64,000 bases of DNA from the human T2T-CHM13v2.0 reference genome, Homo sapiens. Below, in pieces: positions 14,871 through 25,985 of the stretch. Within the stretch, counting starts at the first letter, position 1. The number at the start of each line of letters is the position of its first letter. Both the position numbers and the translations under genes were made by a program. Location: NCBI RefSeq assembly GCF_009914755.1, contig NC_060935.1, one strand, 5' to 3'. Under the pieces are notes generated by a model, which was given only the letters and a program-made list of their open reading frames with translations, searched no databases and was not told the DNA's origin.

Positions 14871-16769
14871 AAGATACTTTTTAAAAAATGTATACATTTA
14901 GCTAGGCCTATTGTCTATTATGATATCACCAGAGAAGAATGGCTTAACCACAGGAAAAGGGGACAGAGCAGGGTCCAGATGAACTCTCTGGGTCTACAAG
15001 TGCTAAAAGAGGGGCAGAGGGAGGCAGAAGATGTTACATTAATGAGACAGGGAAGAAGGACGTCCAGCACCTAGAACCAGGTGTTCAGGGACAATGGTGA
15101 GAAGTGACAGGTCAAGACAAGCTGCCAGTGTCCATGGTCCCAGAGATTTACAGGACATCTTCACTCCCAAGTGGCTGATGAGGAAAGTTGGCTGAAATAT
15201 GGTTGATGGCAGCAAGAATCAGAAGCCCATCCAAAAGCTTCAAGTGCAGGGGATGAGCCTCAGTGCATAAGGTGGAGCAGAGGGAGATGGCACTGACAAA
15301 GAGAACCTTCTGAGGACACATAACCTCGAGTCAGGGAGAATGACAGGTCCACAGCTATAGGCCCATAAAGAACAAGGCAGACTCCAGTTTTAGAACAGTG
15401 GTGAGACATCCATTCATGCATAACATGACTACTAGCCAGTGTGTGGAGCAGGGCCAAGTCTACATTTGAGGGTCAGGAATTCTTGACTCTGGGTCAAGAA
15501 GGAGGAAAAGCAGGCAGGCTGGCAGGCATTGGTGTCATTCAGGGCAACTGAAGAAACTACAGGCCTTGGCCTCTTGGCTGGCTCTCCAAAGCTGTATAGC
15601 TCAGAATATGTTTGGTCTAGACTGTGGATTTAAAAAAAATCCACAACACATTCTAAAGAAGTACTAGAAATAGCAGTGCCTCAAAGTGAGGGCTTCTAGA
15701 ATTTCTGATATATATTCCTTGGAATAGACTTCTTATTTTGAGGGTCATAAAGAATTGAGAGACTAGCCATGGTTGCACACACTCCACATTAGGTCTGAGC
15801 TCATCAGTCTTGATGGTTCTCTCTCCTGAACTCTCGTGAAGGCAATATCTACTTGTAGTTGATGGAGTATCAGGCAAAACAAAGTGCTGTCTTAGATTTA
15901 TGAACTCCTTTATCACTCAAGGTAAGGAGATTCCAGAATTCAGAATACTATATTTTTATCTCATGCCTGGGACTAGATTAAATGTTGAAGTACATGATAG
16001 ATGAAGCTGGAATTAATTAGTGTCAGTCTCATATAAATTGCTTATGCTAAGTAACAGTGAAATCAAGGTAAGTAGATGTGATACATTACCATTCCTCTTC
16101 ATTTAACCCAGCTGCGAGGTGGGACAGGAGGAAAACGCACTGCATATGCAAGAAAAATGGCAGCGTTGGTGATAGATTTACATTCATTTCCTTTTCAGAA
16201 TGTTCAGGAGATGCTCTCAGGAATCCAAAATTCATATTCACTGTATAAATCAGCTCTATGCTTTCATTGAAAAGCATTATCTGGTTTGTTCTATTTAGCA
16301 ATAATATAACCCTTTATTTTAGCAATGCAAACTTGCAAGGAAAATTGGGAAATTTTCAACGATTGAAATATTAAAGTGATAACACCTTTCTAGCTAAGTT
16401 TTGAGTGAGATGAGCTTCCTCAGAGCCTGGCACACATGACAGGAGGGAGGAGTCAGTGTTCTTTTTGACTTTGCTCATATGCATTCAGAAGTCAAAGCCA
16501 GGCTATCCCCAGGATGTACAGAGTCAGATCTGATGATCAACTCCAAAATCTTTTCTGAGTCACCACGTCCCTGTTCTCTGCAAGGAATGAGGACTCAGTG
16601 ACAAAGCAGAGAATGGTCCTGACCTACAGAGGTTCCAATCTGGCAGAGCACCACTCAAGTGTGTCAAAGAGGACAAAGTGCAGGAGAGGGATTGGGAAAG
16701 GAGAAACTGCAAAAATCTAGTTTGCTAATTTTACCACCCACCTAAATGTAATGAAAGCACTTTTTAAAT

Positions 16770-17070
16770 TTATTAAACGAACACATATATGCTAGGCTTG
16801 GGGTTAAATGCTAAGGACACCAGGTGAATGTCAAGAACCCTTCCCTGGAGAAATTAGTTGGAGAGATAGACACATAAACAAATAATGTGGAAGGTACAAC
16901 AATAGAGAAAGGACAAAATATTATGGGAGTGCTTGCAGGAATTGCGATGTCCTCATCATGACATGACCCTGGGCTAGGTCTCAGAGTAGAGAAAAGGTCA
17001 CCCTTCAGAGGGGGAAGGGTGTATGAGACAGAGGGAACTGCAAAAGCAAAGGCATAGTAGCCTGAAATAT
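16770..17070 (-). mobile_element. L2 3' fragment
   Basis: tatgctaggcttggggttaaatgctaaggacac...gagagatagacacataaacaaata. Confidence 0.55.
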
Positions 17071-18007
17071 ATGGTCAGAATTTTTACCTATCTGATTGTC
17101 AATAATTTTAAAATGTAAATAATATTGTATGGACACTCATGTTGAAAACAAACCCTTTCCTGTGCTGCTGATTGGAGTGTAAATTGGTATGAACCCTTAC
17201 TCAGGATAATTTGGCAAATTTCTCATGATTACAAAGGCACCTACATTTACTCTAGCAATTCCTCTTTTAGGAAGTTGTCCTAGAGGTACACTCACCCTGG
17301 CGCAAATTGTGCTAAGTTAATGATGACGGCACTGTTTTTGAGAGCAAAATACTGGAAATAACTTAAGTGTATGTCACAGGGAACTGGAAAAATAGACTTT
17401 GATGCAGTCCTGCACCAGAATAAATGGCACCACGAAAGAATGAGAAGCCACCTTATGATTGGATATGAAATTATCTCTAAGATATATGATTCAGGAAAAG
17501 CAGAAGGTACAGAACGACAGTATGGAAGATACTATTTGTGTAAATAAAGTGAACAAAATAGAACAAACATAAATATTTTGTAACTGTGATGGTTAATTTT
17601 AGATGTCAACTTGTCTGGGTTAAGGGGTACCCAGATAGCCGGCAAAGCATTATTTTGAGTGTGTCTGTGATGGTGTTCCTGGAGAATTAAGCATGTGAAT
17701 CAACAGATTAAGGAAGATCTGCCCTCACCAGTGCAGGGTATCATCCAATCTGTTGAGGGCTTGAATAGAACAAAAAGGCAGAGGAAGGGAAAATTTGCTC
17801 TCTCTTCTGCTGCTGAGGCATCCATATTCTCCTGTCCTCAGACATCAGAACTCCAGGTTCTTGGGCCTTTAGACTCTGCAGCTTACACCAGTGTCTCTCT
17901 GATTTCTCAGGCTTTTGACCTCAGACTGAGTTGCCCCATCAGCTCCCCTGGTTCTTAGGCCTTTGCACTCAGGATGAATGACACCAGTTTCCCTGGTTTT
18001 CCATCTT

Positions 18008-18642
18008 TTCTTTCTTTTGTCTTTTTTGTTGAATCAATTGTAGTATATTTTAAATAAGTCAACTTAAGCCTACATGTATCAACATGGACAAGTCCCCCAA
18101 AACTCATGTTAATGGAGGAACTTGTACAATTATATTAAAGTATAATACTGCTTATATCATGTTTTAAAACATCATAGTAACCTGTATATTCCATCAGTTA
18201 TATACATGCAACAATATTATTAAAATAGTAAATAAGAAACTATTATTTAGCCAAATAATGCTCACCAAATTGAACATAGTGATTTCTGTAATAGTCAGGA
18301 TAGAATAGGCCATGGTGTAGCAATAAGCTTATCCCCAAATTACAGTGGCTTATAAAGAAAAGATGGCCAGGTGCAGTTGTGGGCACCTGTAGTCCCAGCT
18401 ACTCAGGAGACTGAAGTGGGAGGATCGCTTGAGACCAGAAGTTTGAAGCTGTAATGCACATGATTGCGCCTATGAAAATAACTGCTGCACTCCAGCCTGG
18501 AAAACATACCAAGACCTCATCTCAAATAAAATAAAGGTAAGTCAAGAGAAAAATAAAGACAAGACATATTCGTCACTCATCTGATGTGAGTCAGGCAGCC
18601 CTCATCTCTTGACACTTGGGACAAATGGTCTCCAAGATACAT
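18008..18642 (-). other. Orphan L1-mediated retro-insertion of composite non-coding sequence
   Basis: Perfect 16-bp TSD CCTGGTTTTCCATCTT at 17992-18007 and 18643-18658; T-rich tract at 18008-18030. Confidence 0.8.
18365..18535 (+). mobile_element. Alu monomer (FRAM/FAM-like) within the orphan insert
   Basis: ggccaggtgcag...cctgtagtcccagctactc...gcactccagcctgg plus A-rich tail. Confidence 0.85.
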
Positions 18643-18942
18643 CCTGGTTTTCCATCTTGCAGATGTCATATGGCAGGACTTCTTGGCTCCATAATTGCAT
18701 GAGCCAATTCCCATAATGAAGGTCCTCTTTATCTCTGTATCTATCTGTCCATCCACCCATCCATCCTATTGGTTATGTTTCTCTGAAGAACCCTGACTAA
18801 TAAGTAATGTATGCACAAAATGTTGCTGAAAAGACACAAGAAACTTATAAATGTGTTTCCTCAGAAGAAGAAGACATCTGGGAGGTGGGGTACAAGAGTG
18901 GACAGGAGAATGTGCACTATATGCCTCTTGAATGTAGCCATA

Positions 18943-19291
18943 TAATGTGGTTTGGATTGTGCCCCTGCCCAAATCTCACGTTGAATTGGAGAAGGGGCCT
19001 GATCGGAGGTGATTGGATCATGTGGGTGGATTTCCCCCTTTCTGTTCTCATGATAGTGAGTGAGTTCTCACAAGATCTGATGGTTTAAAAGTGTGTGGCA
19101 CTTCCCCCATCTCTCTCCTGCTACCATGTGAAGAAGGTGCTTACTGTCCATCACAATTGTAAGTTTCCTGAGGTCTCCCAGTCATGCTTCCTGTTAAGCC
19201 TGTGGAACTGTGAGTCAATGAAATCTCTTTTCTTCATAAATTTCCCAGTCTCAGGTAGCTGTTTATAGCAATGGGAGAACAGACTAATATA
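18943..19291 (+). mobile_element. MSTA/THE1D-like solo LTR
   Basis: tggtttgg...cccaaatctca...cagactaata; TSD ccata/ccatt. Confidence 0.85.
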
Positions 19292-19489
19292 CCATATTAC
19301 CTGTCAAACATAATTAGATGCCTTTTTAAAATGTGTGGTTTGTTTGGAGAATAGTCTACTGTGACTGCAATTAAGGATGTGTATGAATGTATTGGCAAGT
19401 GGAGCTGTGGAAGATAAGCCTCAAACGGTTGGAGGTGAAGGGCTTTTTATCCCAGCTTAAGATGAGAGGCCCACTGTTATGGTAGTGTG

Positions 19490-19675
19490 GTGTTCCGAGC
19501 ACTGTCTTCGGTGGTGAAAAGATGTTGCTCTAGACTTCCACCTCCGCCGTGTCCTGATTGCCTGTGGCCTTGGGAAAGCCACTGATGTTCTTCAGTCCAA
19601 ATCTGCCTCTCAGGTGAGGTAGCTTGTGGGACAATGCCTGGCCTTGTTTCAAGGCATAGTAGGCTCTCAGTTTAA
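19490..19675 (+). mobile_element. Degenerate MIR
   Basis: tgtggccttgggaaagccact...aaggcatagtaggctctcagt. Confidence 0.45.
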
Positions 19676-21054
19676 TCTCTCTACCACCCTCCTTTCTTTT
19701 CCTTTCTTTATTCTCCTATGCTCTGGGCTGCTCAGTTCTTGCATTTATATATATGAATCAGAGAAAGAAAATGTCTGAGCAGGTCATTCTCCACTGACCC
19801 AGTTCACCTGGGTAACAGGGAGTTCACTAAGGCTAGAAGAGGGGGGCATCTAATTGTTTGGTACCCATGCTTTCGCATGTCCTCTTTTTTATAATAAAAA
19901 GGCAGTTATAAAATAAGTCTCCTTGTCTTAATTATTTTATTCACCAAGGGACACATTACCACAGTTCCATGCAACTCAGAGGGCGGTCTGATGAATCAGG
20001 ACAGCACGAAGAAAACAAATTGAAAATGAAATTGAATGTGAAAGCATAATTCTGAACACAGAAGTGTACTCAAATTAGCTCAGGCAATTCCATTTAATGT
20101 GCTCTTGCCATTAGGAAAATATCATTACTCTGTAGTTTACTTTCTTCCTGGAGTGACTGAGTGGTTGAATAAGGCTCAAGACGTCACATGAGCTATTTAT
20201 AAGCATGATAGAGAAAGTAAAAGGTGCGTTTAGAATGCAATGTGCTGCCTAAGGAACCCTGGAGACTGGACATTTGTATTCTCAGGACCCACACCCTTTG
20301 TGGTGACAGGACCTGAAGAGAATAGGGATGAGAGCCCCTAAAACCATCCTAATACGGGAATGGAAGTGGATGAGGTTTCCAGGGACTATTTATTTTGGTG
20401 AAAGGTAATATTCTGGTTTCTAGATTTCTATAAACGGGAAAGTGTCTTTCTACTTCTCCCAGATTCTTCCCTGTTTTGTTTGTTCTTGTATTTATTCAAC
20501 ACACATTTGCTAAGTGCCTATTATTTGTCTAACATTATATAACACAGTCGGAAGGCAAAGAAAAATAAGACAGTTTCTGTTATCAGAGAGTTCATTCCAT
20601 GGTGTACCCCTTTACCTCTTCTCTATTAAATTTGCCTTCTTCAATTCATAATGCCTGTGAATATCAACATCAAACACACAGACACATGCACACACAGAGC
20701 AGGTTGTTGCCAAAAGGTTGGTAATGTGAAAAATGCATTAGGACACTTTTTATATTTCTGTGGACAAATCAGGCCTGGCATTGGCATGTGAATTTGATGC
20801 TTCAGCCAAAGAAACAGTCAAGAAAGTTATGGTGAACCAAAGACCTAGTGTGCTTACAATGCCCCCTCAACTAAGTATCCAATCTTAGCATGACCAGAAA
20901 CAGAATGAACTGAAATTATGCACATCTTGATGTAATACAATGGGAAATACACAACATTCACTGAATCTAGTTAGGAGAAAATAATCACAGAAATCCAGAA
21001 CATGTGGTACTCTACAAGACAACTGACCCCGACTTAAAAAATGTCCCTGTCATA

Positions 21055-21195
21055 TGTGGTAGCCACCTACCAAGATGGCCCCTGGTGATACTAGCCTCCT
21101 AGTATTCATGCTCTCAGGCAGTCCCTTCACACACTGAATAGGGCTGACCCATGTAAATAACAGGGTATTTCAGAATTGACTGTGGATGGCTAGGA
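21055..21195 (+). mobile_element. MLT1F-like LTR fragment among L1MC/ME 3' fragments (~20720-21740)
   Basis: tgtggtagccacctaccaagatggcccc...ctagtattcatgc. Confidence 0.6.
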
Positions 21196-22339
21196 TAAAT
21201 TCTTAGAAGAATTAGAAGAATTTATCTTAGTGATATAATTAAAGGTAAGCACAAAGATTTAAATACAAGACTTATCATATTTTAATAGTAGTCAAAATGC
21301 AACTTTCACATGGATATTTTCGAACTATTCTTTATATTTTAGGTCTATTTTAAATATGCCCCAAACTTTAAAAAAATTCAATTGTCAGCTATATAAATAT
21401 TCAACCAATAGAAGAATCATTAAGTTACATCAATATTGTATAATAGTAATGATTCTAGCATTGAAAATTATATTGAAGATGAGTTGTTATTGAGATTTTT
21501 AAAAACCTATTTCAAGTGAATAAAAGACATAACAGTTCATCAGGAATAGTATGATCTTATTTGTAGAAAATATATGGGTATAAAAACATCTGGAAGGGTA
21601 ATTCCACCAAAGTTTCCACCAAGGGATTGACTATCTCTGGGTCAAAGGAAAATGGGTACTTTCACCTTCTTTTTACTTGTCTGCATCTTTAAATTATCTT
21701 CAATGAATATACAGTAAACTTGCTATAAGTAAATTTTTTTAAAAGGTTATTCTTGTTTTTAAAATATGGGGATGCTGTTTTGTTTTAATGACATATGCTT
21801 GTATCCAAATTGACTGTTACCCTACCTATCCCCAGAATTAGGTTAACTTCTTTCATGTGGAAGACATGAATTATAGAGATAAAGTGAATCTTGGTGAAGT
21901 TAAAACGATCCCGTTTCCCCAAGTTAACGTACAAGTGACTCCTAACCAACCCTGATGAACAGAGTGTCTTCTCTGCGGTTAATTTGGATGGTCCAATCTG
22001 AACCATCAGTCATTCGTCTCCCCTTGCCCTGAACTACTGCCCCGATGCTGCTGTGTCTCAGAGGCCTCCTTCTGTGAGTCCCCATTGGCTCATCGGTCCA
22101 CCCCACTCTCACACTCTCTGTAGCTGCTCCAGGAAGGCAGTACTGGCTGCCCTAATTCTGGCGTCCCCTCACTGGGACCACTGTAATTGCTAGGGGCTCC
22201 TCCTGGTTTTGCCCACTGCTTTTGTCAGTACCACTGGCTCTCACTGCTGCTACTGCTACTCTCTTTCCCAAAGATGACAAGGCCCTCTCTTCCCCCTTTC
22301 TGTCTTTCGCAAAAAGGAGAAAAAGCCCACACTGCCCGC

Positions 22340-22710
22340 AAGGCTCCTACTCATACCTGGATCTCACCAGCAATTTCCCAACTTCTTAGCTCAGGAGCTG
22401 AGAAAAGAAGGACTCTGAGTCACAACTTCCTGTTCCCATACAGAGCTATACCAGGGTGGGCGGGAGTGGGGAACATCTAAACCCTCAGGTTCTCAGAAAC
22501 CAAAGCATTCCTCACTTCGACTAATTCACAGTCGACTCCACGGGGGAGCTTGCCTTTCTATTCCAAATTGTGACGTGAGGTTCCAGTTACTCAGGGCACT
22601 TGCAAATTCCCTGAAGTCAACCACTCTCACCACATGTGTGCAGTTGCGGCCTGAGGGATTAGGAGTTTTCAAAATGCCTTCCCATACACCTTCACATGTG
22701 ATTATCACAA
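22340..22710. promoter_or_regulatory. Candidate enhancer/promoter motif cluster
   Basis: AP-1 TGAGTCA 22416-22422, ETS ACTTCCTGT 22425-22433, GC box gggtgggcggga from 22454, CRE-like tgacgtga ~22571, CACATGTG E-boxes at 22631 and 22693. Motif evidence only. Confidence 0.45.
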
Positions 22711-22834
22711 GTTCCGTGAGGTCAGGTATTCCCATTTGAGACTGATGTTCCTGGGGTCAGCATGGAAAGGGTGGGAATGGGACTGCTCTAAAGAGGCTGC
22801 TGGAGTAGAAGGCAGATGGTAGCCTTCTCAAGGA

Positions 22835-23147
22835 CTAGGGAGTGAGAAAGGGCAAACCTCAGTGGATCTGCCAACATGCAAGGCCATCTCTCACACTGGC
22901 TCATTCCACAGCCAGCACAGCTCAAAGGCCTTCTCACACACCCCAAGAGACCCTCAAGAGTAGAGCTGGTAGGCTCTCTGAATTTTCCTTGTGAAATAAT
23001 CTATACAAATGCACAGTGATTTAATGCTGGTGTGGATGGTATCCCAGGACATGAATGGGATAGAAAGCCTGTGGCACCCTGCTTGCCTTCAGCCAGGTCA
23101 TCTGATGGATGACAAGCCTATGTCTGCTTCAAAGCCAACCTGGCCTG
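22835..23147 (+). repeat. Left arm of 313-bp inverted repeat
   Basis: Reverse complement of 23678-23990; ~20 substitutions and no indels by manual alignment. Confidence 0.97.
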
Positions 23148-23151
23148 GAGA

Positions 23152-23335
23152 AGGTAGACCTGGGTGCAAATCCTGACCTTGCTGCTTATTAACCATACGG
23201 CAGTGGCCAAGTTACTTAATTTCTCTGAGTCTCAGTTTCTTTATTGGTAAAATGGAGATAAAAGTCACTTTTGGGGTTATGATGAAGAGCAAAGTACTGG
23301 AAAATAGTTGGTGCTCAATATATTTTAGTTTTCAT
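23152..23335 (+). mobile_element. MIR in the inverted-repeat spacer
   Basis: agacctgggtgcaaatcctgac...aagttacttaatttctctgagtctcagtttc...gtaaaatggagata. Confidence 0.85.
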
Positions 23336-23677
23336 CTTGCAGTCCAGAGGTCTTCTGGCTACATTATATATTTTCTCTTAATACAAACACCCAGGTCTCC
23401 TCAAGTGTGGGGAATAACACTCTCATTTTTTTTTTCTAAAAGGAAGATAGGGCAAGGAATACACTCTGATTTTTGATGAGGTGGGCAAATGACAGAAAAG
23501 AAAAGTTCATTGCTGTGCTACACAGTCACAATTTGAGCTCCTGTGAGGGGCTCCTGCATTCTGACATGAACATATGCTGCTTCAACTTTCTCACAGCAGA
23601 AGTCACCCGGAAGCCAGGGGCCCAGCTGTTTGAAGCATTAGTTAGTTAAGCTGCCAAGCTGTGGGATGTGGAGAGCA

Positions 23678-23990
23678 CAGGCCAGGTTGGCTTTGAAGCA
23701 GGCATAGGCTTGTCATCCATCAGACGACCTGGCTGAGGGCAAGCAGGATGCCACAGGCTTTCTATCCCATTCAGGTCCTGGAATACCATTCATGCCAGCA
23801 TTAAATCACTGTGCATTTGTGTAGATTATTTCACAAGGAAAATTCAGAGAGCCCACCACCTCTACTCTTGAGGGTCTCTTGGGGTGTGTGAGAAGACCTT
23901 TGAGCTGTGCTGGCTGTGGAATGGGCTAGTGTGAAAGATGGCCCTGCAAGTTGACAGATCCACTGAGGTTTGCCCTTTCTCACTCCCCAG
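23678..23990 (-). repeat. Right arm of 313-bp inverted repeat
   Basis: Reverse complement of 22835-23147. Confidence 0.97.
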
Positions 23991-24614
23991 GTGGTGAAGG
24001 CCTGGAGGAGGCTGCTAACTAAACCTGCCATGACCCAGGTTTGAGTCCAACTTGCCTGTGGCAATGGGGCATGGAGTTGGGGGATGGTCACCAGATGCAG
24101 CCTTCTGTGGGGTTCTGGGACAGAGCGAAGATAACAGTCTAAGATATAAATCAAACCAGAAAAGATGACTTACAAAGCAAGCAGATCAGGGATTCTGGAG
24201 AAGTGATGTGTGATGACAGCTCAGCAGATGGAGGGAAGATGAGCTTGGAGGGATTGAGCCACCATTCAGGGAAGAGCAGTAACTTTTTAAGGGATGTCTG
24301 TAGCCACTGGTGTGTTTGAGCCATGACCAGTGAAGAGGGCCAAGAAGAGAGCATTATTCATTTTAATGTTCCTAATGCAGTGCTTGACACAGGATAGCCA
24401 CTCATCAAATATTTCTATTGGATGAATGGATAAGTTTAGTGGAGCCAAAGCATAAAAGTCAGCTTTACCCTTTTCCTCAGACCTGGTGAACAGGACGACT
24501 ATAGAAAAACCCTTGTCCCCCCTAGCCCATTCAAGCATAAAGAAAGAAATTTAAGGGATTAATGTTATTTTTTCTCTGTGAATTGGGAGCTTTTATTAAC
24601 CTTTCCAGAGATTA

Positions 24615-24820
24615 TTTTTAAATTTTTTTAATTGACAAATATAAATTGTATATATTTATGGTGTACATGATGTCTTGATAATATGTATACATGGTGAAAT
24701 AGCTAATCAAGTTAATTAACATATGCATTACCCCACACACTTATGTTTTGTTGTGAGAACACTTAAAATTCTACCCTCTTAGCAATTTTTCAGTAAACAA
24801 TATATTGTTATTAACTATAG
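24615..24820 (-). mobile_element. L1MA 3' fragment
   Basis: aattgacaaatataaattgtatatatttatggtgtac...ttattaactatag. Confidence 0.8.
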
Positions 24821-25419
24821 GCCAGATAAAATATTAATCCAGAATATCTCTGGTCCTTGCCAACAGTAATTCTACCTCTGAATTCTAAAGAGGACCAGAG
24901 CTTTCCTAGGATGTGCTCTAGGGAGTGAAGTGGTGGGTTCAGGGAAACACAGGGTTAAAGATGCAACTTAGCAAATGCTTTCCAGTTTCTGCACTGTGGG
25001 CTGAAAACTACTGGGGTAGGATCTACAGGCTTCACTGCTGGAGAATTGCCACGCAGAGACTGCTAGGAGAGAAAAACCACAAGCTCACATTGTTGGTCAG
25101 TGCAAAGTCTCATGATTGACGAAGGAGAGTTTGCTTTTGACTAAAATCAATTCTCACAGGGTTTATTTTGGCTAAAAGGTTTACAGAGTCCAATACAGAG
25201 AGTGAACCTGTCAGAGTCCAGGGCAGACAGGTTTGTAGAAAGAGCTTATTCCTTTAGCTTCTCTTCCCTGGACTTTCGCAATTTATTTTGTTTTATTATT
25301 TTTTGTTTTGAACCAAATTCAAAATTATAAGATAAAACTACTACATGTTATTTTATTAGATTTGATTCCTCTCTTGAGGCTGCCTAATCTTTTCAGATCC
25401 TAATTATGCAGTCAAATAT

Positions 25420-25985
25420 ATTCAACATTTATGGAGTATCTACTCCATGCCAGGTGCTTTGTATATTGCCTCTAATTTGCATAATAAGCCTGAGGGTAAG
25501 TGTCTTAGTCTGTTTTCTACAGCTATAACAGAATACCACAGACTGAATAATTTATAAAGAACAGAAGTCCATTTGGCTCACAGTTCCAGAGGCTGGGATG
25601 TCCTAGAGCATGGCACTGGCATCTGAAGAGGGTCACCTCATGGAAAAAGGCATCCCGTGGCAAGTAAACACATGAGATAGAGAGGGAATGGGGGCTGAAC
25701 TTACCCTTTTATCAGGATGCCACTCCTATGATAACTACCCCATTCCCTGAATCATGCCATTAATGCATTCATGAGGGTGGAGCCCTCATGACCTTAGCCC
25801 CACCTCCCAATACCATTACATCATCTGTCAAATTTCAACATGAGTTTTGGAGGGGACATTGAAACCATAGAAGTAAGTATTATTATTATCTCCAATTTAT
25901 AGGTTGCAGGGTTAAGGCTCATCAATAACTTGCCCGAAGTAACATGCTAATATATGGGAAGAAGTAGGATTTGAACCCAGCATTG
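25420..25985 (-). mobile_element. MIR split by an MSTD LTR
   Basis: tactccatgccagg... then aataacttgcccgaagtaaca...ggatttgaacccag. Confidence 0.7.
25501..25872 (-). mobile_element. MSTD-like solo LTR
   Basis: tgtcttagtctgtttt...gggacattgaaaccataga; perfect 5-bp TSD GTAAG. Confidence 0.85.

Larger units (their letters stand above)
17585..18803 (+). mobile_element. MLT2 (ERVL) solo LTR split by a 635-bp insertion
   Basis: Starts tgtgatggttaatttt, ends gaaccctgactaata; TSD gtaac/gtaat. Confidence 0.85.
17090..18930 (+). mobile_element. Ancient L1ME 3' region (host of MLT2)
   Basis: ggagtgtaaattggta...ctagcaattcctcttttaggaa; resumes after 18803. Confidence 0.6.

Noticed and set aside
15900-16200. 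Isolated strong splice signals (aag|gtaagg ~15921, aag|gtaagt ~16068, ttttcag ~16198; also acceptors at 2951 and 44948)
   Set aside because: No consistent exon chain or recognisable coding frame; such matches are expected by chance in 64 kb.
22835-23990. DNA transposon with long TIRs as the explanation for the inverted repeat
   Set aside because: No TSD is evident, the termini do not resemble hAT/Tc1, and the spacer holds a MIR rather than a transposase remnant. Not fully excluded without a Dfam search.
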